This document shows positions 8,617 through 18,488 of a DNA stretch of 31,370 bases, piece after piece. The DNA lies in contig DATGWN010000075.1 in assembly GCA_035299465.1 (NCBI GenBank), positions 1 through 31,370 on the forward strand. Direction: 5' to 3'. Each line of letters opens with the position of its first letter. The first letter of the stretch is position 1. The notes beneath the pieces are model-generated. The model was given only the letters and a program-made list of their open reading frames with translations. It ran no database searches and was not told the origin of the DNA. The position numbers and the translations under genes were made by a program. The DNA is from Acidobacteriota bacterium. Lineage in GTDB: Archaea > Nanobdellota > Nanobdellia > Woesearchaeales > DATGWN01.

Positions 8617-11600
8617 TTAAATCTTAATGTAAACGTCACCGTTCGAATTCAAACCGACTGAACCGCTGTTCGTCGTTGCTTGGAACGTACCCACAACATC
8701 AAGTTTGTTTGATGCCGTTGCTGTATTGATACCGATGTTTCCGCTGTTTTGGAAAATCTGTGATGATGCTACCGTTGAACCTGCTGTGAAGTATGTGATA
8801 TTTCCTGCGTTACCAGAACCGTCGATACCGCCTGCACCAGCGATTGATGTACATGTGTAAGTGCTGTTCGTGATTTGCTGCAAGACTTGTCCACCCGCAC
8901 ATGAGCCAACTGCTGCTTTCGTAGCTGCCAAGTCATACGCTAGTTTGACTGCGTTCGGAGTCGCAGATGTGTTTGTCGACGAAGATTGTACGCCGTCCGT
9001 TAACATCAAAACACCGATCTGTGATGTCGAACCAGATCTGAATTGGTTTGTGCCTGCCGCAGTCAATCGACCTTGAGCGTCTACAGTGAATGACGGAATT
9101 GCCGTATCAGAACCATATGATCCTGCGCCGACAGCCGTGTTTGCTAAATTGAGTGTGACTGAACCCGAAAGTGCTCCGCCACCAGACATACCTGTGCCTG
9201 CAAGAACTGATGGGTGACCAGACAATCGTGCCCATGGGACTTCACCTGATTGCATCGTGCCTGAAAGCCACAAATCATTCCATCGAGCTCCAGTGGAACC
9301 GAGATTGAAAGTCGCTGACACGTTTGGTAAGAAGTCGCCATTTATTGCAGTCGCTGCCGCAAGATAAACGTCGCCCGTCTGAAGTATGAGATCGCCACCT
9401 GTGATAACGAGATTTCCAGTCATCAAAGTATTTCCTGTGACTGATAATTTGTATGAACCAGGATTGTTATTTCCAATACCAACATTACCTTCGATGACTG
9501 CACCATCGGATGGCGGAGTTGTTGCAAGATAACTATTTCCTACACGAAGATCGTTCAAAGTTCCTCGGTAACCAACCATTTCTACATTGTTGCCAAGTCG
9601 CTTGAATCCGCCGTCAACTGCTGTTCCACTGACTTTCACAATATATGAACCATCAGAAACACCGGAGTGATTTACGCGAAGTGGACTGTCTGCGAGAGGA
9701 GTTCCAAGACCTGTGAAACCTTCGACAATAAGACCATTTGAAGCATTTCCAAGCGATGCGTAACTTGAACCAATCGAGACGTTACCTGAAACGGATAATT
9801 TGGAACCTGGTGATGAAGTGCTCAAACCGATTCGACCGCTCGTCTGGTATAATTGTGCGGATGCCAAGTTTGACGTACCAGTCCAGTATGAGATATTGCC
9901 TGCGTTACCAGTACCAATTGTTCCGCCGATCGCATCGATTGGAAGACATTGAACACCAGTCGTTGTTGTGTTTTGGACAAAGTATCCAGCTGCACAACTT
10001 CCTGCTGTCGCTTTGATGAGTGCAAGATCGTATGCAGTTTTGACTGCTCTGGATGACGCAACTGAATATGTTGAGTTATATGACACACTATCATTCATGA
10101 TAGCGATACCGAATTGTGAAGTATTTGAGTAGGGGACATCTGACAATCGAGCCCATGGGACTGTACCAGCTTGAAGAGTTCCCGTGAAACCGACATCGCC
10201 TTGTACATCCAACTTATACGAAGGAGTTGAAGTTCCAACGCCGACATAACCACTTGTTTTCAAAGACATGACTGGTCCGCCGTATCCTGTATTCGTAATC
10301 GTGAATGTATCTGGGTTGTTTCCGGACATACCTGCACCGATTCCCCATAGATAATTATTACTTGATGACGTCAAAGCGCCACCGATGCTGCCAGTAACGC
10401 CTGAACCGAATGCAATTGATGATTCGCCCACTGCCGTGTTGACGACTTGAATTTGTCCGTTGCTGCCAGAAGTTGTTTCGACAACAAGTTTACCGCCGTA
10501 CAAGTGAGCAAGAGCGCTTGGTGACGTTGTTCCGACACCCAATCTGCCCGCGTCAGTTAATACTGCTTTAGCAGTGCCTGACGTGACGAAAGTCATATTG
10601 TTTGAAGACGGAAGATAGATACCTGCGCCCGAACCTGAGAATGTGCTCGTCGGGGAAAATTGTAATTCGCGTGAAGTGCCGAGTGCGATCTGGCCGTTTA
10701 CCGTGAGTTCTTCGTTTGGCGAAGACGTACCGATACCGACAAGACCTGTATTTGTGATGACCATTCGGTTTGACGTAGAATCATAATCATAGAACTGAAG
10801 CAAGCCACTTCCTGTGTCCGCATATGTTACTTCCCATCGCTGGCTGCCTGAACTGTTGACGAACTTGAGTTGGCTTGAACCAGATGAAGTCTGTTGTAAT
10901 CGCAAATCACCGACGACATGTAATCGACCAGCCGGAGCTGTTACACCAATACCAACGTCACCGCTATTTTCAAACGTAACTCTGTCGTTGCCAGTTGAAT
11001 CGTAGAATCGTAAGTCGTCGCTCGATGCAGGAACGTATGCTAACCATTTGTTTGTGCCTGCTTTCTTGAAGTAGAGTGTTGCTGCCGTAGCCGCGCTCGA
11101 ATCGATTGCTGCAGATGCCGCAGCAGTGCCTGCGCCGACGTGTAAATTACTTGTTGGAGCTGCGGTGCCGATACCGACATTGCCTGAAGTATCTATAGTA
11201 AGAGCAGTATTAGTGCCTAGATCTGCCATTGAGCGGCCGATTTTGAATTTGTCTAAATCGCTATTGTCCGATCCAATCATCCAAGCGACACCGCCTGACG
11301 AGAAACCAAGAGTTGCATCGCCTGCGCCAGCTTGTTCTACTCTGATTATATCAGAAGTAGTTGCATCGTTCTTGTATGCGCGAATGATTTCGCTGCCTGA
11401 AGCAGCAGTCGTACCTACAGCAAGATTTGTTGAAACATACGCATCGCCAGAAACGGAAAGTCGCGTAGTCGGACTTACGCCAATACCGACGTTACCACCG
11501 TCGACGATTCTGATTGCGCTCGTAGAAGTACCGTCTGAAATGTCGACACCACCAAGCCAACCTGCCGATGCACTTGTACCGTAACCGATTCGAAGGACAT

Positions 11601-12021
11601 TCGATGTCGTGTTATCGATCAAAGCGCCTTTTCCATTAAATGAGAGATTATTACCTGCAGAAATCTGGATAGCACCTGCCACATCCAACTTTTGTGCTGG
11701 AGTTGCAGTACCTATACCGACATTAGATGTCAAGTAATATACATAATTAGTAGTAGTATTTCTTCGCCATGGACCGATATATGATTGGTTGATCGCACGG
11801 TTTAGCGTCGTTTCACCAATTCCCGGAATGTCGGGGACTTTGACGACGATCTGGTTTGCATTGTGACCGTTTAAGATGCTGCTTTGGAATGTATGGTTAC
11901 CGACAGATAATAATGTGTCAGAAATGAGCTCGTCTGCAACAGAAAACGGCAACACCAACAGTGTAATGATTGTAAACAGAGCGTAACAGATAATACTTTT
12001 TGAACGTTTCCCTACAGGCAT
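8617..12021 (-). CDS. Giant secreted Gly/Thr/Ser-rich tail-fibre-like surface protein, paralogue of 5309..8596 without the chaperone domain
   Basis: Signal peptide '[20 protein letters not shown]'. At least 10 copies of the GxVGIGTxxPxxKLxVxG motif. The C-terminal 300 aa are about 70-80% identical to an internal segment of the neighbouring gene, in permuted order. Confidence 0.8.
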   Translation of the reverse strand: MPVGKRSKSIICYALFTIITLLVLPFSVADELISDTLLSVGNHTFQSSILNGHNANQIVVKVPDIPGIGETTLNRAINQSYIGPWRRNTTTNYVYYLTSNVGIGTATPAQKLDVAGAIQISAGNNLSFNGKGALIDNTTSNVLRIGYGTSASAGWLGGVDISDGTSTSAIRIVDGGNVGIGVSPTTRLSVSGDAYVSTNLAVGTTAASGSEIIRAYKNDATTSDIIRVEQAGAGDATLGFSSGGVAWMIGSDNSDLDKFKIGRSMADLGTNTALTIDTSGNVGIGTAAPTSNLHVGAGTAAASAAIDSSAATAATLYFKKAGTNKWLAYVPASSDDLRFYDSTGNDRVTFENSGDVGIGVTAPAGRLHVVGDLRLQQTSSGSSQLKFVNSSGSQRWEVTYADTGSGLLQFYDYDSTSNRMVITNTGLVGIGTSSPNEELTVNGQIALGTSRELQFSPTSTFSGSGAGIYLPSSNNMTFVTSGTAKAVLTDAGRLGVGTTSPSALAHLYGGKLVVETTSGSNGQIQVVNTAVGESSIAFGSGVTGSIGGALTSSSNNYLWGIGAGMSGNNPDTFTITNTGYGGPVMSLKTSGYVGVGTSTPSYKLDVQGDVGFTGTLQAGTVPWARLSDVPYSNTSQFGIAIMNDSVSYNSTYSVASSRAVKTAYDLALIKATAGSCAAGYFVQNTTTTGVQCLPIDAIGGTIGTGNAGNISYWTGTSNLASAQLYQTSGRIGLSTSSPGSKLSVSGNVSIGSSYASLGNASNGLIVEGFTGLGTPLADSPLRVNHSGVSDGSYIVKVSGTAVDGGFKRLGNNVEMVGYRGTLNDLRVGNSYLATTPPSDGAVIEGNVGIGNNNPGSYKLSVTGNTLMTGNLVITGGDLILQTGDVYLAAATAINGDFLPNVSATFNLGSTGARWNDLWLSGTMQSGEVPWARLSGHPSVLAGTGMSGGGALSGSVTLNLANTAVGAGSYGSDTAIPSFTVDAQGRLTAAGTNQFRSGSTSQIGVLMLTDGVQSSSTNTSATPNAVKLAYDLAATKAAVGSCAGGQVLQQITNSTYTCTSIAGAGGIDGSGNAGNITYFTAGSTVASSQIFQNSGNIGINTATASNKLDVVGTFQATTNSGSVGLNSNGDVYIKI

Positions 12022-12138
12022 CCCATAAACCCCTTTTTATACAGTCCCGAAAAACACGATTTAAATACTTTGTGGCGGGAATCAAGAACAATGTCTAATT
12101 CCTAGGTCGGAGAAAGCAAATCGCCGTTTTTTCCTGCA

Positions 12139-14712
12139 ATGTTGAATTTTAAGAAGAAAGTTTATAAAAAAACTCCCGTCCCACCAACTTGCATGTCACA
12201 AGAAAAAACAACCGAAGCTGGACGAGAGCAATCACCCGCGCAAACTAATGCGCAATCTGACAAAACGCAAGCAAAGTACTCTGCAGCAACGGACGAACCG
12301 AATCTTCTGACATACTGGAAAACACATAAGACATTCAAGTTCAACCAATCGTCTAAGAAACCAGTCTTCTCAATCGACACGCCGCCACCGACAATGTCCG
12401 GTAAAATGCACATCGGTCACGCGTGCTCATACTCACAACAAGACTTCATCGCTCGCTACAAACGTATGAACGGTTTTGAAGTCCTCTATCCATTTGGTAC
12501 TGACGACAACGGTCTTCCGACTGAAAAACTCGTCCAGAAAGTCAAAAACGTTCTCGCTACAAAAATGGAACGAGAAGCCTTTGTCAAACTCGTACTCGAC
12601 TATCTAAAAGAAGAAAGACCAAAATTCATCAGCGATTGGCAACGCATCGGTATCTCCTGTGATTTTGATATCATGTACTCGACAATTGATCCATTGTGTC
12701 GACGCATCAGCCAATTATCCTTCCTCAATCTCGCAAAGAAAGGCCTCGTCTACCAAAAAGAAGCACCTGTTATCTGGGACACTGTGTTTCAGACAGCAAT
12801 CGCGCAAGCCGAACTTGTCGACGTAGAAAAGCAGTCTTTCTTCAACAACATCGTATTCAAATTGGAATCCGGCGAAAACCTCATCATCGCAACAACACGA
12901 CCCGAATTACTTGGAGGCTGCGTTGCAATTTTCGCACACCCTGAAGATAAAAGATACAATCACCTTTTCGGCAAATTCGCAATCTCGCCATTATATAATG
13001 CAAAAGTTCCGATTATGCCTGACGAAAAAGTCGCTATCGACAAAGGAACAGGCATCGTCATGTGTTGCACATTTGGCGACCAGACAGACATCGAGTGGTA
13101 CAAAAAATATAATCTACCGCTCAAGATGGTCATCGACCGAGACGGTAAGATGAATGAAGCGTCGGGCAAATACGCTCGACTGAAAATTGAAGATGCAAGA
13201 AAAGCAATCATCGACGACCTCAAAGCAGCAAACCTTCTCATCGGTCAAAAACCAATCACGCATACAGTCAACGTTGGTGAACGAAGCGGCGTAGCAGTTG
13301 AAATCCTCAATTCAAAACAATGGTATGTAAAATACCTTGACAAAAAAGAAGATTTCCTCAAATACTCAGAACAATTGGAATGGCACCCGCAACATATGAA
13401 GCACCGCCTTGACAATTGGATCAAAGGTCTCAACTGGGACTGGTCGATTTCACGACAGAGAAAATACGGCGTACCTATTCCAGCTTGGCACGGCAGCGAC
13501 GGAAAAATATATTTTGCAGACGAATCTCAATTACCTGTTGACCCTCTTGTCGACAAACCAAAGAACTTGCCTCACGGCGTCACAGTCACACCGGAGACTG
13601 ACGTATTCGATACATGGTTTACATCAGCATCCACACCATTTATTGTGAAGGAGTTGCTCAAAGGAACACCGATTCACGATAAACTCATACCCTTCTCGAT
13701 CAGACCGCAAGGGCAAGACATCATCAACTTCTGGCTCTTCTATACTTTGATCAAGACCGAACTCACCACACATCAACTTCCTTGGAAAAAGGCACTTATC
13801 TCTGGCTACGTCTTGGACCCGCACGGCGAGAAAATGTCAAAATCAAAAGGAAATACTATCTCTCCGCAAGAAATCCTCAAAAAGCATCCTGCAGACGCCA
13901 TGCGTTTCTGGGCAGCTACTGGAAAACTGGGCGAAGATATGCCGTATCAAGAAAAGGATCTCGTCACTGGCGCAAAACTCATCAATAAACTCTGGAACGC
14001 AGGCAAATTCGTCTGGATGTTCACACAAAGTTGGGACGGGAAAAAACCAAATCACATTTTCACAAACGATGAATGGTTGCTCTCTGAATTAAACGCAACA
14101 GTCCAAAAGACTACTGACGCCTTCGAAGAATTCGAATACGCACGCGCAAAAGCCGCATCAGAAGACTTCTTCTGGACTATATTCTGCGACCAATATTTAG
14201 AATCTATCAAGAAAATCCACTACGCGCCAGATCAATTCCCGAAAGGTTCATTGCAAAGTGCGCAGTACACGGTGCATACCGCATTCGTATCTGCACTCAA
14301 ACTGTTCGCACCAATCTTGCCATTCATAACAGAAGCTGTGTACACGAACTTCTTCGACACCAAAGAAGGCGCAAGTATCCACACGTCGCAATGGCCTACG
14401 CAACATGAAATCAAAGACAAGCACGCCCATGAAAATGGAGCGATCCTGCAAAACTTCCTTTCAACCGCTCGACGCTATAAAGCTGACAGCAACGTTGCTT
14501 TGAACACGCCGATGATAATCAACGGCATCGCATGCGACGCTCAGACAGCAAAACTTCTGCTTGAAAACAAGGAAATCATTATCGGCACATTGTGTGTAGA
14601 GAGAGTCGACGAAGACATGTTCAAAGCGTCAGCAAGTCCGTCCTTCACTGTCGCCACAAAAGTTCCGATTACCGTTTCTTGCGAACTAAAACCAGTCGAA
14701 AAGAAGCTCTAA
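12139..14712 (+). CDS. valS: Class Ia aminoacyl-tRNA synthetase, most likely valyl-tRNA synthetase
   Basis: 'PPPTMSGKMHIGHA' (HIGH), 'ATTRPELLGG...HPEDKRY' (ValRS-like CP1 editing motif), 'WDWSISRQRKYGVPIPAW', 'KMSKSKGN'. At 857 aa it is too short for IleRS. LeuRS or IleRS are not fully excluded. The true start may be 12193. Confidence 0.6.
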   Translation: MLNFKKKVYKKTPVPPTCMSQEKTTEAGREQSPAQTNAQSDKTQAKYSAATDEPNLLTYWKTHKTFKFNQSSKKPVFSIDTPPPTMSGKMHIGHACSYSQQDFIARYKRMNGFEVLYPFGTDDNGLPTEKLVQKVKNVLATKMEREAFVKLVLDYLKEERPKFISDWQRIGISCDFDIMYSTIDPLCRRISQLSFLNLAKKGLVYQKEAPVIWDTVFQTAIAQAELVDVEKQSFFNNIVFKLESGENLIIATTRPELLGGCVAIFAHPEDKRYNHLFGKFAISPLYNAKVPIMPDEKVAIDKGTGIVMCCTFGDQTDIEWYKKYNLPLKMVIDRDGKMNEASGKYARLKIEDARKAIIDDLKAANLLIGQKPITHTVNVGERSGVAVEILNSKQWYVKYLDKKEDFLKYSEQLEWHPQHMKHRLDNWIKGLNWDWSISRQRKYGVPIPAWHGSDGKIYFADESQLPVDPLVDKPKNLPHGVTVTPETDVFDTWFTSASTPFIVKELLKGTPIHDKLIPFSIRPQGQDIINFWLFYTLIKTELTTHQLPWKKALISGYVLDPHGEKMSKSKGNTISPQEILKKHPADAMRFWAATGKLGEDMPYQEKDLVTGAKLINKLWNAGKFVWMFTQSWDGKKPNHIFTNDEWLLSELNATVQKTTDAFEEFEYARAKAASEDFFWTIFCDQYLESIKKIHYAPDQFPKGSLQSAQYTVHTAFVSALKLFAPILPFITEAVYTNFFDTKEGASIHTSQWPTQHEIKDKHAHENGAILQNFLSTARRYKADSNVALNTPMIINGIACDAQTAKLLLENKEIIIGTLCVERVDEDMFKASASPSFTVATKVPITVSCELKPVEKKL

Positions 14713-14729
14713 TTTCTTTCTTTTTAAAC
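14713..14729 (+). terminator. T-rich tract after valS stop
   Basis: 'tttctttctttttaaac' lies directly after TAA at 14710-14712. Confidence 0.3.
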
Positions 14730-14771
14730 AAAAGATGGAACCTTTTTATTATCCGACGTTCTCCCTAGAGT

Positions 14772-15095
14772 ATGCCACATCTCACGGATTTCTGCGTCGA
14801 AGAAATTGAAGGAAAGAAATTCTATGTCTTTCGTGACATCGGACACAGTCTTGATATTTTTGTAGCAAAAGCCAGCGAAAAAGAATTCGATTACACTCCC
14901 GCAAGAATTCAAGTCCATTCATTCCCCGAAACAGGAATCTTCGTTGAAGTGTTGACAAAACAAAGCCGCACGAATATCAAAACAACGGCATATATCGCAA
15001 ACATTCTCAAGACGAACCAGACAGGCATAGAAGCGCTCGTATACAATACACATATTCTCGCGCTACGAACACCTATCCCAAAGTATGCGCTGTAG
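14772..15095 (+). CDS. Hypothetical protein (107 aa)
   Basis: An ORF with coding-like composition and no motif I recognise. Confidence 0.45.
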   Translation: MPHLTDFCVEEIEGKKFYVFRDIGHSLDIFVAKASEKEFDYTPARIQVHSFPETGIFVEVLTKQSRTNIKTTAYIANILKTNQTGIEALVYNTHILALRTPIPKYAL

Positions 15096-15097
15096 AA

Positions 15098-15586
15098 TTA
15101 TTTCTTCATCTTCTGAGCAATCATATCGCCCAAAGTAAATGAACTTGGACCAGTGCGACGAGGTTCATTCATCAATTCCGCAGGCGATGCTTCTTTTCGT
15201 TTTCCAATCAACTTGATGGAAAGTCCTGCTTGGATTTTCTTGACAACGTCAAGCGTAGGCACAGTGCTCTTTGATTCAAACTGATGTAAAATAGATTCTT
15301 TCAGATTTAGCATTCGCGACATATCCACTTGTCGCAAACCACGGCGCTCTCGCTCAGCCTTTAACAAATCGCCAGCATTAGGCAAAACGAATTCGGCTGC
15401 TTCTTCTTCTCGCGGCGCCCATGAACGTGAACGTGTAGGACTTGAGAATCGTCGAGATTCTGATGATGGCGCAGCTTGCCCACCAGTACCAAAGCGTGCA
15501 CATTTAGAACACACTTTCATTGAAACACCTTCTACTGTCGTTGGACTGACCGGACCATCCGCTCCGCAAAGTTCACATTGTGGCAT
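15098..15586 (-). CDS. Archaeal MBF1-type transcription factor (N-terminal Zn ribbon + C-terminal XRE-type HTH)
   Basis: 'CELCG...CSKCARFG' forms a C4 Zn ribbon, and 'LLKAERERRGLRQVDMSRMLNLKESILHQFESK' is an HTH_3. A low-complexity S/R/P linker lies between them. Confidence 0.7.
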   Translation of the reverse strand: MPQCELCGADGPVSPTTVEGVSMKVCSKCARFGTGGQAAPSSESRRFSSPTRSRSWAPREEEAAEFVLPNAGDLLKAERERRGLRQVDMSRMLNLKESILHQFESKSTVPTLDVVKKIQAGLSIKLIGKRKEASPAELMNEPRRTGPSSFTLGDMIAQKMKK

Positions 15587-15691
15587 AACAAAAAGTCACA
15601 AGAGTGTGTATATAAACGTTATGGCAATCAATATAAATGAAATATGCCCAAATCGCAATATTGGTAACTATATGTTACTGGAGAATTTAAT

Positions 15692-16102
15692 ATGGTTGAA
15701 TCAGATTTAGTTGGTGGTGCAATCGCCGGTGGCGCTATTGCAGGCATCCTAGGTGCTTTCTTCTTAGTATTCATCATTTGTGCTTTGGCTGCATACATTT
15801 ACAGCGCAATCGCATATATGACGATCGCTAAAAAACTCAAAGTCGAAAACGGCTGGTTGGCATTTATCCCAATCGCAAATATCTATCTACTTTGCAAGAT
15901 GGCTAAAGTAAACCCACTTTGGACACTCGCAGTCTTGATTGCATGGATTCCAGTCATCAATTTAGCAGCATTAGCAGGATTTGTATATCTGCACTACTCC
16001 ATATTCGAGCAGCGCAAGTATAATGGCTGGCTATCACTTTTGATGCTTGTTCCACTTGCAAACCTTATCATTCTAGGCATTGTCGCTTGGAAAGATAATT
16101 AA
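15692..16102 (+). CDS. Small integral membrane protein (4 predicted TM)
   Basis: Gly/Ala-rich N-terminus followed by hydrophobic helices. Confidence 0.5.
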   Translation: MVESDLVGGAIAGGAIAGILGAFFLVFIICALAAYIYSAIAYMTIAKKLKVENGWLAFIPIANIYLLCKMAKVNPLWTLAVLIAWIPVINLAALAGFVYLHYSIFEQRKYNGWLSLLMLVPLANLIILGIVAWKDN

Positions 16103-16125
16103 ATTTTTTATTTTACTTTTTACAC

Positions 16126-16485
16126 ATGAACACAAAACCGCTACTTGCAGCATCATTGGTCATTCTCATAATTCTACTCGTAACAGGTTGCGTTGATCAG
16201 TCAAAGAAAAATGTAACGCAAGATCCACAAGAACTCTGTGCAACTAACGGCGGTGAGTGGAAGAACATTAATGTCTACACTCCGACAGAACAATTTGCAT
16301 GCGTATACACGTACGACGACGCAAACAAAGAGTGCACGGACGCATCACAATGCAAATCTAACTATTGTAAAGCAAGCAGCCAATCCAATCCAACATCTGG
16401 AACTTGTTATCCATATTCTGTGAATACAGACGACTGCCAGTACCCGATGATTAACGGCGCATTAGGCATGGCTTTGTGTAAATAA
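16126..16485 (+). CDS. Small secreted or lipoprotein-like Cys-containing protein
   Basis: Signal peptide with a lipobox-like 'LLVTGC'. The mature part has 8 Cys. Confidence 0.5.
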   Translation: MNTKPLLAASLVILIILLVTGCVDQSKKNVTQDPQELCATNGGEWKNINVYTPTEQFACVYTYDDANKECTDASQCKSNYCKASSQSNPTSGTCYPYSVNTDDCQYPMINGALGMALCK

Positions 16486-16522
16486 AGAAACTAATCCGAG
16501 TAAGAGACTTTCAAAATTAAAA

Positions 16523-17956
16523 TTATTTCTTTGTTACAGTTTGTCCAGTTTTGGAGTCCTTGACTATATATCCATGCGCAAGAATTTCGTCTCGTAAATC
16601 ATCGGATTTCTTGAAATCCTTCTCTGAACGCGCAACTGCTCGCTTATCAAGAAGCGCTTGGACAACCGCGGGAACTTCGACTTTTTCTGTAGCCAAATAT
16701 TTTGACGCATGGATAAAATCAAGTCCGAATACAACATCAAACGTTGATAGCAACTTCCATTTTTCGCCATCTGAGAGCGTTGGATCTGAGACGACTTTAT
16801 GCATGACTGCAACAGCTTGAGGCGTATTCAAATCATCCGTAATCGCACCAACGAATTCTTCTTCGTATATTGCGCCTTGTTCAGACAACGAGTCAACCGA
16901 AGGCGCTTTTTGAAACAGCACAATTTGTCCATATAATTTTTTGAGGGATGTCTGCGCAGCGTCAAGTGCGTCGAAATTAAACGCTAATTGCTTGCGATAG
17001 TGCGCCTGCAAAAGGAAGTAACGGTATGATAACGGCCAGTAATTTTTCTTCTTTAATACAGAGATTGTCAAAAAATTATCGCCAGATTTTGCCATTTTCT
17101 CGTCGCCAGAATCTGATTTGACGCTCAAAAATTCGCCGTGCAACCAGAATTTGACCCACGGTTTTACGCTAAGCGCAGCCTCTGCTTGCGCAATCTCGTT
17201 GGTGTGATGGACTTGTACGTGATCGATGCCACCGCAGTGTATATCAAATTGATTTCCAAGATATTTGACAGCCATTGCAGAACACTCAATGTGCCAGCCT
17301 GGGAAGCCAACGCCCCATGGACTGTCCCATTCCATAGCTCGCTTTGCGCCATCTTTTGGCGAGAATTTCCATAAGGCAAAGTCAGTAGGATTCTTTTTTC
17401 CTTTGGCAATTTCTACGCGAATACCTGCTTTCAGATTTGCAATATCAAGCTTGGCCATTTTACCATAATCTGAGAATTTTGAAGTATCAAAGTATACACC
17501 GTCCTCAATCGTGTATGTGAAACCCTTCGCTTCAAGTTGTTGAATTTGCGCTATCTGCTCCGCAATATGATCGGTAGCTTTGCAGATGACATCAGGCTTG
17601 AGTATGTGAAGTTCGTCTAGATCCGTGAAAAACGCATCAGTATAATATTTTGCGATATCCCAAACCGATTTTCCTTCTCGGCGCGCGCCCTTCTCCATTT
17701 TATCTTCGCCAGAATCTGCATCGCTAGTCAAATGTCCGACATCGGTGATGTTCATCACGTGATACGTAGGTATGCCTTGGAAAACTAGTACACGTTTGAG
17801 CACATCTTCAAAGACATATGTTCGAAGATTTCCGATATGAGCAAAATGATAGACTGTTGGACCACATGTATACATTCGACATTTCTTGCCATCCAATGGA
17901 GTGAATGGCTGTTTTGTCCGTGTCAATGTATTGTATAAGTATACGCGCGGTTTCAT
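16523..17956 (-). CDS. cysS: Cysteinyl-tRNA synthetase
   Basis: 'YTCGPTVYHFAHIGNLRTYVFEDVLKR', a 'KMAKSGDN' (KMSKS) motif, and the C-terminal 'DDLRDEILAHGYIVKDSKTGQT' helix typical of CysRS. Confidence 0.9.
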   Translation of the reverse strand: MKPRVYLYNTLTRTKQPFTPLDGKKCRMYTCGPTVYHFAHIGNLRTYVFEDVLKRVLVFQGIPTYHVMNITDVGHLTSDADSGEDKMEKGARREGKSVWDIAKYYTDAFFTDLDELHILKPDVICKATDHIAEQIAQIQQLEAKGFTYTIEDGVYFDTSKFSDYGKMAKLDIANLKAGIRVEIAKGKKNPTDFALWKFSPKDGAKRAMEWDSPWGVGFPGWHIECSAMAVKYLGNQFDIHCGGIDHVQVHHTNEIAQAEAALSVKPWVKFWLHGEFLSVKSDSGDEKMAKSGDNFLTISVLKKKNYWPLSYRYFLLQAHYRKQLAFNFDALDAAQTSLKKLYGQIVLFQKAPSVDSLSEQGAIYEEEFVGAITDDLNTPQAVAVMHKVVSDPTLSDGEKWKLLSTFDVVFGLDFIHASKYLATEKVEVPAVVQALLDKRAVARSEKDFKKSDDLRDEILAHGYIVKDSKTGQTVTKK

Positions 17957-18007
17957 AAGAGAAGAAATGAATGCAGTATATATAAAGATTAGTAGAAAAT
18001 CTTGCTT

Positions 18008-18457
18008 TTATTTTTTCGCATGATTGGTAAAATACGAGTCAATGTATCCAGATAAATCCATTTTCTCTACAGTAAAGATGCCATTTTTATTAGCAATCTG
18101 ACAAAGCGCATCATTACCAGTAGATGCCACAAATTTGGCTCGACCTGACTTAACAAGCGGTTCCACAAGTGCATAACATTGCTGCGCAGGTTCAATCGTT
18201 AATCCATTACGCGTACCCAAATTGACATCCATTGCATAAAAGTCATATTGTGTATGGCGTGCATGATCAAGCATTGCCGCCGGAGTTGATGCCAACGTGA
18301 CCTCAACAGAGTATCTCGCAAACTTCATGGCGACCATTCTTGCGATCATATCGTCGTGAAATCCAATAAGTGCTTTCATTACCACAAAAATCAATCGTCG
18401 GTTTATAAAATCAATTAATGAACTAAAAAAAGAAAATTGGACTAAAGAAGAAAACAA
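18008..18457 (-). CDS. Possible stand-alone CheY-like receiver-domain protein (probable true start at 18382, 'MKALIGFHDD')
   Basis: The pattern beta1 'ALIGFHDD', 'YDFYAMDVNLG', 'FVASTGND', 'TVEKMD' resembles the REC fold (DD, D, T, K positions). The first 25 codons of the ORF are low-complexity and are probably not translated. Confidence 0.4.
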   Translation of the reverse strand: MFSSLVQFSFFSSLIDFINRRLIFVVMKALIGFHDDMIARMVAMKFARYSVEVTLASTPAAMLDHARHTQYDFYAMDVNLGTRNGLTIEPAQQCYALVEPLVKSGRAKFVASTGNDALCQIANKNGIFTVEKMDLSGYIDSYFTNHAKK

Positions 18458-18488
18458 AAAATGTAGAACGCCTATGCAGGCGACGCAA

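Noticed and set aside
5737-11584. Many 60-150 aa ORFs inside or antisense to the two giant genes (for example 5737..6042, 6206..6476, 7480..7782, 9738..10094, 11126..11584)
   Set aside because: They lie wholly within the long, well-supported reading frames. Gly/Thr/Ser-rich repetitive coding sequence creates spurious alternate-frame ORFs with low-complexity translations.
4562-12021. Possibility that the tail-fibre-like genes mark an integrated provirus
   Set aside because: No capsid, terminase, portal, integrase or att-like repeats are nearby. The proteins carry signal peptides and sit beside glycosylation genes, which is more consistent with cellular surface proteins built from phage-like modules.
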